A DNA stretch of 64,000 nucleotides, taken from contig FLMG01002090.1 of NCBI GenBank assembly GCA_900088475.1, forward strand, positions 1 to 64,000. Reading direction: 5' to 3'. The translations under genes were made by a program, and so were the position numbers. The stretch comes from Hyphochytrium catenoides (Eukaryota; Protista; Hyphochytriomycota). The notes beneath the pieces are model-generated. The model had not been told where the DNA came from. It searched no databases and saw only the letters and a list, made by a program, of their open reading frames with translations. Shown piece by piece: positions 36,701 to 49,099 of this stretch; positions within the stretch are counted from its first letter, which is position 1; every line of letters starts with the position of its first letter.

Positions 36701-39686
36701 AGGACTAGCTTTTTTCGGGGAAGGAGAAGAAGATGAAGTTAAAGAGTAACTCTGTTGTTCACCCTTTGGGTCGCCGGTCTTGGCTGAGAGAGCGGAATTA
36801 GTATTGGGTAACCACCGTAGTGCCTCCTCCACATAGGCCTGACGTTGGAGAGACGAGTCCTCCATATGCTTCTGCAAGAGGCTGCTGGGGGGATAGGAAG
36901 AAGACAGAGGCTGCGAAGAGGGTGCAGTGGGAGATGCCTTCCGGACAGGTATCCGCACGATAAAGGTCGTTCCTTTCCCCAAAGTAGAATCTACTTCTAT
37001 GGTCCCCGAAAGAAGCTTCACCAGCTCTTTTACCATGGGACAACCTATCCCAGAGCCCTCAATACTTCGTCCATGTGCACCTTCCACCCGATGGAACCTC
37101 TCAAAAAGACGAGGAAGCTCCTCTTCAGAAATGCCAATCCCGGTGTCTGACACTGTAAGTACAGCCCAATCTCCCTCATACATTGCTTCATTACCATTGT
37201 ACTGCTCTCCATTTGCCGCTGTCTCTTTTCCAAGTCTGACCTCTACCTTGCCTGCTAGGGTATATTTGAAGGCGTTCGACACGAGATTCAAGATAATCTT
37301 CTCCCACATATCCTGGTCCACAAAAACTTCTTCCTCGCCGGGAAAGCCCGTTACGTCTACCAGAAAACCTATGCCCGCATCCTGAAATGCAGATTGGAAC
37401 ATGCTCGCTATGTTCTTCGTTACGGAAGGCAAATCGGTGGGTATAAAGTTAGCCTTTTGTCGATCGGCCTCAATTCGAGAGAACTCTAAAAGTGAGTTCA
37501 CTAGCTTCAGGAGGCGCAGAGAGTTGGTGTACGCCATCTCAAGCTTGTCTGAAGCTTCTGGCGGCAGGATACCGCCAGTACTATCAAGCACATCTCGAAT
37601 ATTGGCCAGACCTGTTCCACATGACGGTGGTGAAATAAAAGAGAGATTGCAGCAGGACCACGGGGGAACAGACGATTGCGTGTAAGGCCCAGCAGGAATA
37701 AACAGGAAGAATCGATCGATGTCTATAAGCGGACGCAGGACTTAGAGGCACAAGAAGAGATATATGCAACAGCCCAACACGAGGAAAGGGTCAGGAATAC
37801 AGTTCAACAGCCAACACGCCCACCCCTGGTCAAACTACTTTGGCTTCAAGATATTGAAAAGAGAAGAGAGTACTCCTTACCGAGATGAATGGGGGTCCTG
37901 AACTCGTGGGAGACTGTGGTGCAGAGACAGAGGAGGGCGTAATATAAGAGGAAACGACCATAGCAAGGCGCAACCAGTAGAGGAGCGGAAACGAAACCGG
38001 ACGTCTAGGACACTGCCTCACACACAGAAAGATACATAGAGATAGAGAACAGGTAAACACGTGAAGAGGGTCCAAAAGACATCTGAGAAGAGTGTCAGTA
38101 GCTTGGTGCTATTACTAGTTCCATGTGCTCTCTCTCCCCATCTTTTTTGCTTTTCTTCCATCACTTACTGTTTTGAAAAAAAGTGGTCTTTGCTCGATCA
38201 ATCTCAGCCAAAGCCTCTGCCCTCAGCTTCTCTTCCTCAAAGGCTCTCGCTGAGGCGATGGAGGTCGCGAGCTGCCGCGCAACCAGATCAATGAAGCCTT
38301 GGTAGTCTTCGTCGCGTCTTTTTTCTGCGTTTAAGCCCAAGACAAGCACGCCCATCGCTCCATCTTCTTCAGAGAGGACGAGAGGCACGGAGACGGCGGA
38401 ATGGGGAGCCTTCTGGCCCTCTGGAGGGGTCATTATCGTTGAAGGAAGGTCCGCTATCTCCGTCATCTTCCCAGACTGGATAACCTGCGCTAAACACCAC
38501 GGGTCCTTGTCCTCGGCTCCTGTCCCTTCTGGCTCTCTATTTTCCTTTGAGAGTGTTACTCTCTTAGGAGCGAGCTGTGCTTGCAACCCACCGGCTATGC
38601 CCTTAAGAATGACGCTATCTCCGCTCTTCATATAGCAAATGGCGAAAGGAACGTCAGGATTCTGTTCATCGGAGAAGACTCGCATTGCTTTGTCCAAAGC
38701 CTCCTCTATTGACCTCACTCCCGCTGTCCGAGCCGCAAGAAGACGGAGAGTATGCATCCTTCTCTCTGCGAGAACTCTTTTGGTTGTTTCCGAAACAGGA
38801 GTGAAAAAGCCGCCAATCTCCCCATTTTCTACCGGTACTGGACCGTAAGAGAAGGTGAAGTAGCATTCCTCGTCGTAGCCATTCCGTGTGAGAATCATCT
38901 TTCTGCAGGGAGCACGAAGATAGACAACGTCAGCAACAGATTGAGGACCAAGGCAGGATGAAGGAGTGAAGAAGAGACACCTCATTTACATATAATCAAG
39001 ACGCTGCCTCTCTTTTTTGTCGCAAGATGTCCTCCAATACTCTCTATTCTCAAGTAGTCCTTGGTCTCTTCGACCGCATAACGACTATTCCTAGACTCGT
39101 TTCACGAATAGATCCACAGGTACGCCCTGTCCCATCATCATTGACAGACAAAAAGCCTGGGGATTACTTACTTGTCCTCACTCCAATGCGCTTCTCTCGT
39201 CTCTCTGATCTGCTGCAAGACAGGATCCATGAAGTCCCAGATCTCAGGGAATATTTCTCTGCACGGCACACCCAAAGCTCGAGGATGTTTCGTCCCTAAG
39301 ATCAAGGTATACGCATCATTGTAGAAGCAGCACGCCTCTGGGCCCCACATAAGGATAATGGCGAACTTGGACGAGAGAGTGAGAGCCAGAGAAGTCATCA
39401 GGCTCTGGGGCCAGCTATGCATAGGCCCAAGCAAAGTTTCTTCCCACTTCTTCGCCTGGATCAGGGGAGCCATTATGGTGCTGCTGCCTGCGAAGGTTAG
39501 AGCGCTAGGCCCAAGAGACTGCTGCTGCTGTAGGAAGGAGGAAGACGAACTGGACGAGGAGAAGCCTAGCCCTAACGGTGGTGAAGAGCCAGTCCTTGGC
39601 AATAAGGTTGAAGAAGAGAATCCCTCCTCCAATTCCCTCTTCTCCTCTTTGCCCTGCTGGCCTCTCTCTTCGCTGAGAAGGGCCAT
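33777..39686 (-). CDS. Dual hybrid sensor histidine kinase HK-A: PAS-like, GAF, HisKA, HATPase, REC, PAS, HisKA, HATPase, REC; exons 39686-39172, 38902-38169, 37913-37881, 37611-35020, 34681-34265, 33997-33777
   Basis: WEETLLGPMHSWPQSL..FYNDAY..KHPRALG; FFQNISHEFRTP; NLVSNAFKYT; DTGIGI; DIMMPHMDG; ISHEIRNP; NLISNALKF; GGSGMGLFIS; LLDVEMPVLTG; YATKPY. All junctions are GT..AG and in frame. Confidence 0.93.
37881..37913 (-). other. 33-nt micro-exon encoding the H-box (I)SHEFRTPIHL(G) of HK-A
   Basis: cacag|tctcccacgagttcaggacccccattcatctcg|gtaagg; phase 1-1. Confidence 0.93.
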
Positions 39687-42600
39687 GCTAACTCGCCCAC
39701 CCCGCCGCCAGGTGGAGCAGTGTAGTGAGATCGTCAAATACGAACGAGAAGAGACCAAGAAAGAGCAACTCTGACAGCGCCCAGAGCTCGGGATAGTCCC
39801 CGACTGAGAACCAACCGCTGTTCCTCTCAGGTCCACTACTAGAGCGCTCACTTAGGAGCTCCAGTAAATTGGGAGAAGTGGCGGTAGATGGGAAAGGAGA
39901 GAGATATCATCGGTCACGATTTGCTTTTGTCCAGGCCTCTTAATCAACGTTGCTGGGTCTCTTTGACGCAGCACTCTATTATCCTTCCTGATCTCCGCAT
40001 TCGAAATAAGGAGCGCCCCAAATGCCACTTCTTCTGGCTGACACAGATGATCCTTGTTGCGGCGGCGATGGTACGTAGGGCCTGCGTCTGATCCTTCCCA
40101 CGCAGAAAAGCAGACAAACAGAGCTAAGCCATGGGAAAGACCATGAAAGGAGGAAAAGTGGAGGAGCATTCTAATTATTAGTTGCCGCAAGCAAGACAAT
40201 GGTTCGGTCTCTCTGCAAGCCAGCCCTTATGCGGTTTATGGGGCCAGAGAGAGAGGTTGCTCGTCGCTTTGGACACCGTGAAAGAGAAAGAGTGATGCGG
40301 CTAATGTGATGAGAGGAGGCTTTTGTACCTCTATCTGTGGGCATAGGTGGGAAGAGTACTGCGGCGTTAATGTTAGGGAAAGGTGGACCCTTCACCCCTT
40401 TCCCTGTCGTTTCGCTGGTCTGTCTGTCTGTTTGTTTGTTTTTCTGTCTCTGTCTCTCTGTCTCTCTGCTCTCTCTCTGTCTCTCTCTCTGTCTCTCTCT
40501 TTCTCTCTCTCTTTTTCTCTCTCTCTCTCTCTCTCTCCGACAGGAACACTCCCAGTCCTCATCTTCTCTTGCTCTGTTTCTCAACCCTTTCTCTGTCACT
40601 CTGTCTCGTCCCAGTTCCCCCTAAATAACCTACAGGTAGTAATTTTTTGAAACCTAAAACCCCTTTAGGTGCATTCCTAGTTCTATATCACAGCTATCAA
40701 GAGTCAATTACCCGTTACTTCTGTTATTTCGAAGATGCCAAGCTGCAAGATGATGAGGAACTTTTAGGAGCTCGAAAGACAGCGCCACAGTGAAGAGATT
40801 CATAGTGCTCTTCATAGTCCGATCGTCCTCTCTCCAACGTCATCATCCTACTAATCCCCCGCAATGCATCCAGCCAACGGGCAGGCAGGCAGTTTAGTTG
40901 CTAGACACTGCCTCCTGGCTGCTGGTAGTTAATCATTAGAAAGCCAGCTGCTTTGTGGCTGCTGCTGGTGGCTGGGTGCTCGCTGGAGGGGAGGATATAG
41001 ACGAGGTGGCTTCCGTTCTCCAATTGTATCGTCTTTCTCCCTGTAGTACTGGTTCCTACGTGACATTGCGGTCACGGTCAGTAGCAGCTGCACGCCTAGC
41101 CTGCCGCAGACTTGCTGCTGGTCGTTGGTGATGTTTGCTGCTTTTTGGTGGAGCGGATATTCATCATCTTTAGTTGATAATTCCTCCTTTCCCGCCTCCC
41201 CAGTGCAGTGAGGGGGGATCCATCGACCACCCTAAGCATTGCAGAAGTAGTCTTGCTTTCCTTTTCTCTTCTTGTCGTCTCCAGACGACGTGCTTTCGTA
41301 GGAGAAGGGACCTAAAGAACATCAAGAGAGCAGAGGACGATGAGGAAGACAACAAGAAAAGTCCCCTCCCCCCACAAGCAACAAGATTCTTTCCTTCTTG
41401 AGATATAGCCAGCACGACAGGAGAAGAAGAGTAGAGTGAGATCGCCCGTAGCAGCTATTAGCTTTCACACCGGTGATGAGCAGGTGATTATTTACCCTTC
41501 CGCCTATTAGCAGCGGATGGGGACTGCGGGTACACTTACTGATTCTGGGGCCCCAGTAATGAGGACAAGTGAGAAGACGGGAGAACGGGGTAAGATGGTC
41601 GATTCCTTATTGTTCATTCATGGACAGCCTCCAACGCCTTCCCTAAAGCAGAGTCAAACTGCTTCACGTCCCACCTGCCCTTAGCTGTTAAAGTCCTCCC
41701 CTACTACCACGTAGCACCTGCAGCAAGCAGCAGCAGAAGGAGAGCGTACAAGGCAAGGAACGCAGAGACAATGAATGTCACCCGGGAGCCACTGCGACAA
41801 AATCTAACAAAAGTCTCTATCACCATCCTCGCCCCGATTCCCTGTGTCACAAGCAAGCAGCAGAAAGCTGCCATAGAGATTATTTTAAAAAGATGACGAT
41901 AAAGAAGAGCAATGGGTGCGACTCCCGCCGCAACGCTGTGCTTGCTCGGGTTGGAGAAAAGTCGTCTTCCTGCCTAGCACAACAAGGACACACTTTTTTG
42001 ATAATAGCTGCTGATACCACGGCCTCTTATGATAAAGCTTACTCTCTCTAGCTGGATAGATGATGATGATTCTTCTTCAGACTCAACTTTACATTCTTGC
42101 GCATACCTTGATTATTAGGGCACTATCCCGTGAAAGAGCCTCTTTCCCCTCCTTTGATGCCCTGCTTAGCCGCACAGCACCCAGCCACTTGAGAGAAGGA
42201 CGGTGTAACAACTTTGGAGCAGCAAGAGAATGGGGATAATAGGTTCATCGTAGTAAGGAAGAACCACTTTTCCTCCCCCTCCTTCCTAGGTAAACCACCT
42301 AGCTACAACTAGTAGACGTTGCCTGTGGGGAAGCAACAGAAGATATAATCAACCACGACAACTTCCATCAGTTAATGATCGACAACCATTCGGTTCCTCG
42401 TCCTCGTGCTCCTCATCATCCGCTTTTCAATCATCGTCCCTTGCTATTATGCTGGTAATAACAACAATGAATACCGGGTCGAGAATGGCAGCCATTTGAA
42501 TGAAGGAGAAGATAAACGACTACTCTTCCTAGCAAGCACCGCCACGGACAACACGACAGACAGGACCCCATCACGCACCAGTCCTCCTGTTCGTTTACCT

Positions 42601-43148
42601 GAAGAAGGCACCCGACGGAGAACGAGAAGGAGAAGAAGACGAGCCCACGCAAGACAGGGAGGAAGGGAGGAGGAAGCAAGAACAACAACGATAAGGACCA
42701 ACGAACGCCCAGCACCATCACCATCACCACGGCCACCTCTCATCCTCCATAGTAGTGAGACAACTAACGGGCGCGGGAGGTGATTAAGGTAAGTGACCGC
42801 CATGGAGATTTATCGGGCGAGGAGCTGAGCCGCAGCAGCAGCAGAAGAAGGAGTGACTGGGCCCACCACCATCTTCTTCTTCTGAAGATGCCGATGAGCC
42901 TGTGAGACGCTATGTATAGGCTTGGCTTACTCTGTCGCCGCTTGATCTCTTGGCTTTGAGGAAGAGGAAGGACGGACGCTCCGACATCAAGTGCAATCTT
43001 CGTCTTTTTCTCTTTCTGACAGTCAATCAACCATCATCATCGAGAGCGGGGCCACCTGACTTTATTCGGGGTTTAATTCTGTGGAGTAAAATATATGTCC
43101 CCAGTAAATAAAGTGAGGCAGCTTTATTAGAAAATTAGAGCTCATTTT

Positions 43149-43173
43149 ACACGTGGGGCCTAACACGTGGGGG
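43149..43173. promoter_or_regulatory. Tandem G-box/E-box-like ACACGTGGGG x2 in an AT-rich patch upstream of HK-B
   Basis: ttacacgtggggcctaacacgtggggga. Function is inferred only. Confidence 0.3.
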
Positions 43174-43324
43174 ATAAAAACTCAATATTTCTTTATAAAA
43201 ACTTTTAACCTTTCCACAACTCTTCTAGATCTATGTCCCTCCCTTGTGTCCTCTCTCGCTCTTCCTCCCTCTCTCTTTCTCTCTCTTAATCCTTTCTCTC
43301 TCTTTAATCCTTTCTCTCTCTTCG

Positions 43325-43385
<61 letters not shown>

Positions 43386-44210
43386 CTCTCTCCTCTCTCT
43401 CCACCTCTTCTCTCTCTCTCCCTCTCTCCCTCTCCCTCTTCCCTCCCTCTCCCCTTTCCTCTCTCTCCTTATCTCTTATCTCTCCCTTTCGAAGATGTGG
43501 CACATTTTTTTCCGTACCTCTGTTTGCCATCAACAGCTTGTAGCTGTTCCTTACCTCCTCTCCTCAAAATGACCCTCCTCGCCCTTTGAATGTGGACCGG
43601 ACACAGACACCACACTCTTCCTGCAACAGCTTCTTTCTATCTACACCTAACCTTACTTCCCCTCCTGCTGCTTCACTTCCTCTGCGCCTAGCCTGCCGTC
43701 TCTCTAGCGATTGAGTGAGCCTCCTAGAGAGAGAAAAGCAGCCCAACGCCAGGCCAATAGTAGGAGACGGAAAGGGACCGCTGGGAGCAGCATTCACTCT
43801 TCTCTCTCTCTCTCCAAGGCTCTGTAGGCAAGCAAGAAGCATCTCCGAAGCGAGCATCGGGGAGGTAACAATAGGAGAGGATAAAAGCAATCTACTGTCC
43901 GCTCGAGGGAAGGAGAGCAGGACCGTTGAGTTAATAATTCGATAGTCGGTCCTACGAGCATGTTGTTGTCCCAGCTCTTGTCCTATGTTCATACCCTCAT
44001 GGCCCCATCAGTCAGGACGATGACCTGAAGGAAAGAGGACGATACGACTATCTTCTTCTCTCCGCTTCGTCCTTGGCGGTGAGAGGAGGCCCCAGCAACC
44101 CCGGCTTCTCCGGAGCAAGAGTCCACTTGTCTCTCTCTCCCTGGTGCCCGACCTTTTGCTCTCTTGCCTCATCGTATAAGGCGGGCGTCTTGGCCCACGA
44201 AGAGAGGAAG

Positions 44211-47200
44211 ATGCAGATCTCAAACGTCCCAACGGGCCAACCTGGTCCAGCTTCTGCAGATGAGGTGCTGAATAGGGCCATACAAACCCTTGCTGATGAC
44301 GCAAAGGCTAATCTGGGCGTAGCTTTCGCGCTTTGCTACGTGTACGATGGAAACACTGCACTGCTTAGGGGAATGACGAGCGAGCTAGACGAGCGTCATG
44401 TACCCAAGCGGATAGCTGTGCAACTTGATGTGCTTGAGAGACAAGAAGAAGAGCAGCATGAGGATCTATGGTCAATAGGGAGGGCTATTTCTTCAAGGAG
44501 GATGACGAAGGTGGTTGACTGCCAGAAGAAGGTGCTAAGGTCTCCTGCATCCTACTCTGCCGTATCCGTGCCTCTTGAGCTCTCCGCCGAGGACGATGGA
44601 GTTCTGGGCGTCCTAGTCTTGGGCTTCGATGCAGGGAAAGAGGTTGACAGGGTCTTGCAAGGCTTTTTAGAGCTGCTTGCTCGGCAGCTCGCTCACTTGA
44701 TCTCCTCAACTCGGACCTACGAAGAACAGAGAATGAGAGCAGAAGCTCTGGCAGAGATTGACCGCGCAAAGACTATCTTCTTCCAAAATAGTAAGTGCCA
44801 GCTGTGCTTGTTGGAGCTTCTCCTCGTCCCCATTGTTCGGCTCCCGATTGGTCTTATTGATAACTACTGACCCAGTCTTCCTGCCTTCTCGTCTCTCTTC
44901 GCCTATTGCTTACGACTGCCACCGGCTGTGTCCCCTGCTGGAACTTCTCTTTGGCGCTTGGCTGGGTCTTCATTAGTCTCCCATGAGTTTAGGACACCGA
45001 TACACTTAGGTAAGGAGACAAGGCATGGATGCTGTGTACTGGTGGCGTTTAACTGCGTCGTCTGCTTTATTAACTCCTAGTGCTGAGCATTTGCCAAGCC
45101 AATTAGGGCACAGTCATCATGTACTATGACACTTCTGGTGTGCCTTTGAGCCGCCGCTGTTCTTCTCTCGGTACCATGATATGAGCATTGCCATGCCATG
45201 CGATTCACTTGTTCACCCTCACTTTCTCTTCTTGAGCTTCATTGCTCTTACTACTTCCTTTTCTTTGGATGCTATGTATGTTGACCTCTCTCTAATCCTA
45301 TCTTCTCTGCTGTCCGTGCACTCCTATTAATAGGGCTTGCGAATATCAGAGACGTGCTAGACAGCACGGCTGGTGTACTGCCTTTGGAAGCCACAGAAAA
45401 GCTAGAAATGGCATACAGCAACTCCCTGCGGCTTCTTAAACTCGTCAACTCTCTTCTAGAGTTCTCCACCATTGAGGCCGACAGGCAGAGAGCCAACTTT
45501 GTACCCGCCAATCTTTCTGCTCTCACTAAAGACGTAGCCAGCATGTTCGAGTCAGCCTTTCAGGAGGCTGGGATAGCCTTCAGTGTAGACGTCGAGAGCT
45601 TTCCGGGGGATGTCGAAGTGTACATAGACAAGGATATGTGGGAGAAGATTGTGCTTAACTTGGTGTCTAATGCCATCAAGTATACTCTAGCGGGCAAGGT
45701 GGGAGTGAGACTAGTCCACGAAGCAGGTAATATGGAAGGCGTAGACCTTGGCCAGACAGATTACGCCGTCCTTACGGTGTCTGATACTGGCATTGGCATC
45801 CCAGAGAAGGACGTCCCGCTTCTCTTTAACCGCTTCTACCGCGTGCAAGGCCCTCAAGGTCGGAGTATCGAGGGCTCCGGAATAGGCTGTCCTCTGGTGA
45901 AAGAAATGGTCAACTTCCACTCAGGGACCATTGAAGTACAGTCCAAGCTCGGTGAAGGGACCACCTTCACGGTGCGGATACCGATGAAAAAGGCTGTCTC
46001 TTCCTCGCCTGCCACTTCTTCTAGTGCTCCCTTATCCTGTCGCCCTTCCCGCAAGGTAGAAGACAATCTTCTTCAACGAAGAGCCTTTGTCGAAGAGGCT
46101 TTAAGGTGGTTGCCTGAGCAGTCTGTTACTCGAAAAAGCAAGGCCTTAGGCACCCTTCGTCCATCTCCTCTATTGATTGCAGAAGGAGAGAGGAGAGGGA
46201 CGGACAGCTGTGCTTCTCCACTCTCACCTTCAGCCAAGGCTGTCATCCTCCTCGTTGACGACAACGCCGATATGCGGAACTATATACGGTCTGCTCTGAC
46301 TAGTGAGGGATACGATGTAGTCCTAAGGAATAATGGGCTGGAAGCATACCAGTATCTGCAGGATGAGAAGAACACGTTGCCTGATCTTATTGTGTCAGAC
46401 ATTATGATGCCCTACATGGATGGGCTGGAACTTCTTGATAAAGTGAGAGCGGGCATAAACAAGAGATTGACATCTCATACACCTGTTATTTTTCTCTCTG
46501 CTAGAGCTGGCAAGGAAGCGAGGTTGAATGGTCTGCAACAGGGAGCCGACGACTACCTGGTCAAGCCTTTCTCAAAGCAAGAGCTCCTCTCCCGTGTAGA
46601 GTTTCATCTGTCAATAGCGGTTACCAGGAAGAGATTGGAAGAACAGGTGTCAGAGCAAACGAAAGAGCTGCAGGAAAGCGAGAGGAGATATCGAGAGCTC
46701 GCAGAAAATGTCCCTGTAGGAATCTACATCTTGGATACTGAGGGAAAAGTCACCTTTGCTAATGATTGTTGGAAGACTCTCTTCGGCCTAAAGCGCAGTC
46801 AAAGCGAAGAAGAAAATCTGGATGCCTGGGAGCCTCAGGTCCATCCTGACGACAGGGCAAAGGCAAAAGATCTATTCATTAACAGAGCTATTGAGATGAG
46901 TAGAGAGAGTTCAATGGAGTTACGACTTGTCAGATCCGATAGCGCGGTGGCGTTTGTCTACGCTAGACAGATTCCTACCTTCAAGGACAGCAGACTCACA
47001 GGTTTCTTCGGGGTGACAACGGATATCACCAAGACAAAGGAGTTAGAAGAGGAGAACATCAGAGCAATCAGGAGGACAGAACTTGAGCAGCGCAAGAGAG
47101 CAGAAGAAGCGGAAGAGAACAGAAGCAGGCTTCAGACGTATGTGGACGTCATCTCTCATGAGATCCGAAATCCCATCAGCAACATTTTGAACATTGCGGA

Positions 47201-49099
47201 TGTGTTGAAGGATCGGTTCCTGGAAGTCGAGAAGATGTTGGCAGATTCTTCTGTGCTTACTTGGCATGATGACAGCAAAAGGAGTAGGACCTTCACTAAC
47301 CTGCAGAATGACGTGGAGCTTCTCAGTGCGTTAGAGCTCTGTGCCAATCATCAGCGTCTTATTACCGACGACGTACTTGAGCTCTCTCGCTTACAGGGCA
47401 CTCAGTTTGTCCTTTCTGACGAGGCATTTGATCCAAGGTTGATGCTGAAAGACGTCATAAAGATGTTCCGAGTTAGATTGGAAGAGGAACAAGTGCAGGT
47501 TTCCCTGCACATGCCCTCTGAAGAAGAAATCTCACTCTTGCCGAAGACCCTCCTTGGAGACTCAAAACGAATCAGTCAAGTGCTGATCAACCTTATCTCC
47601 AACGCTCTCAAGTTCATGGCCAAGGCACAAAGAAAGCATCTAATCATATCTCTCTCTGCTGACCCTGGTAGTCGCATATCGGCGAAAGGGAAGGAGGAAG
47701 AAGGGTCCAGAATACTGAGGTACACTGTGACAGACACGGGCATGGGGATGACCCAGGAAGAACAAGCCAGTCTCTTCCGTCCGTTTTCGCAAGCCAACAT
47801 CAAGACCTACAAGGAGTACGGCGGTTCAGGTAAGCTCGCTTTGTCAGTCTCAGCCTCAATAACTTTTTGACCTTATCCTCTGACTTGCCGCCGTCCCACG
47901 CTGGATGGGCCTTGATCCCACTACTGACTTCAGCTACCTGCTCTGTCTCTTGTCTTCAACATGCAAGCTTAAGAGGTCAGCGGTTTCTCTTGAGTTGGGC
48001 TTGGTATCTTGCTGATAGATCTCATAGATCCTTCTTCGTTATCGTCAAGTGACTCTGTACCTTCTTCTAATGCCTCCTCCTGTAGGCATGGGCCTCTTTA
48101 TCAGTCGCATTCTGGTTGAGAAGCTTGGCGGCTCCATTCAAGTCAAGAGCAAGTTAGGGTGTGAGACCTCTTTCACCTTCACGGCGGTTTGCAAGTGTCT
48201 CGCGACGGCTCCATCCCCTTTGTCCCTATCTTTAGCAACTTCCTCGGCTGCTGACCCGTCACCAGCTCCTGGTAGCTTGAAGACTACGAGCAAGAGAGAC
48301 AGCCTTCCTCTCGAGCAACTTTCTGTGCTTCAAGGAAAGCGAGTATTGATTGTCGATGATAATGTGCTGAACCAGAAAATCCTGAATAAGCAGCTCAGGT
48401 CGGTTGGTATGCGAACAGCGGTAGCAGACAATGGACTTGAGGCGGTACACATCATACAAAGGAGCCAATCTTTTGAGGAATCGCGCTTTGACATCGTCCT
48501 TATGGACGTAGAGAGTAAGTGTCGCTGGGAACACTGCTATCCTAATGTCTCTCGCTCTATCGGAGTCAAACGTCACTTTTTGAGGAAGGGAAGCGCTTTA
48601 TTATATCATTTTGTTCTGCTTTCTTCACGAGCTTGCATGCGGCAGACCAGAAGATGAAGATGTGTGATCCTTAATGCTGGTTTAAATAGCGACTGCTGAC
48701 TGTGCGCGGCATCTGCCGCTTGCTCATTCAGTGTCCGTGCTCTTTTAAGTAGTTTCCTCGCTCCACCATCATCGATGGTTCCTTTCTCAGCTGATGTTCA
48801 GTTCACTTGTCTTCAACATCTACAAGCAAGCAGGCAGCTGACATCCCTTTCTGCCGCATTTGCTGCTCTTCTTAGTGCCTGTACTGAATGGCGTGGAGGC
48901 AGTGCAAGAAATTCGCAAGTGGGAGCGAAGCATTGGACTGCCAGCGGTTGTTGTTATTGGTTTGTCAGGCAATGCACGCGAAGAGCACGTTCAGGAAGCT
49001 CTTCGAGCCGGCATGACGAGCTATGCCACGAAGCCTTACAAGAGAGAGGCATTGATCTCTAGAATTGTCAAGCTGCTGCTTCAGCAGCCGCCTGTGTAA
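44211..49099 (+). CDS. Dual hybrid histidine kinase HK-B, paralog of HK-A lacking the N-terminal PAS-like domain; exons ~44211-44790, 44977-45009, 45334-47829, 48086-48514, 48876-49099; 5' end uncertain
   Basis: Collinear with HK-A from the GAF domain onward with identical intron positions. SHEFRTP, NLVSNAIKYT, DIMMPYMDG, ISHEIRNP and LMDVEMPVLNG are intact. Confidence 0.92.
44977..45009 (+). other. 33-nt micro-exon encoding the H-box (I)SHEFRTPIHL(G) of HK-B
   Basis: cattag|tctcccatgagtttaggacaccgatacacttag|gtaagg; same peptide as HK-A with synonymous differences. Confidence 0.93.

Noticed and set aside
40620-43140. Possible gene or inserted element between the two kinases
   Set aside because: Only short low-complexity ORFs; no convincing terminal repeats or target-site duplication.
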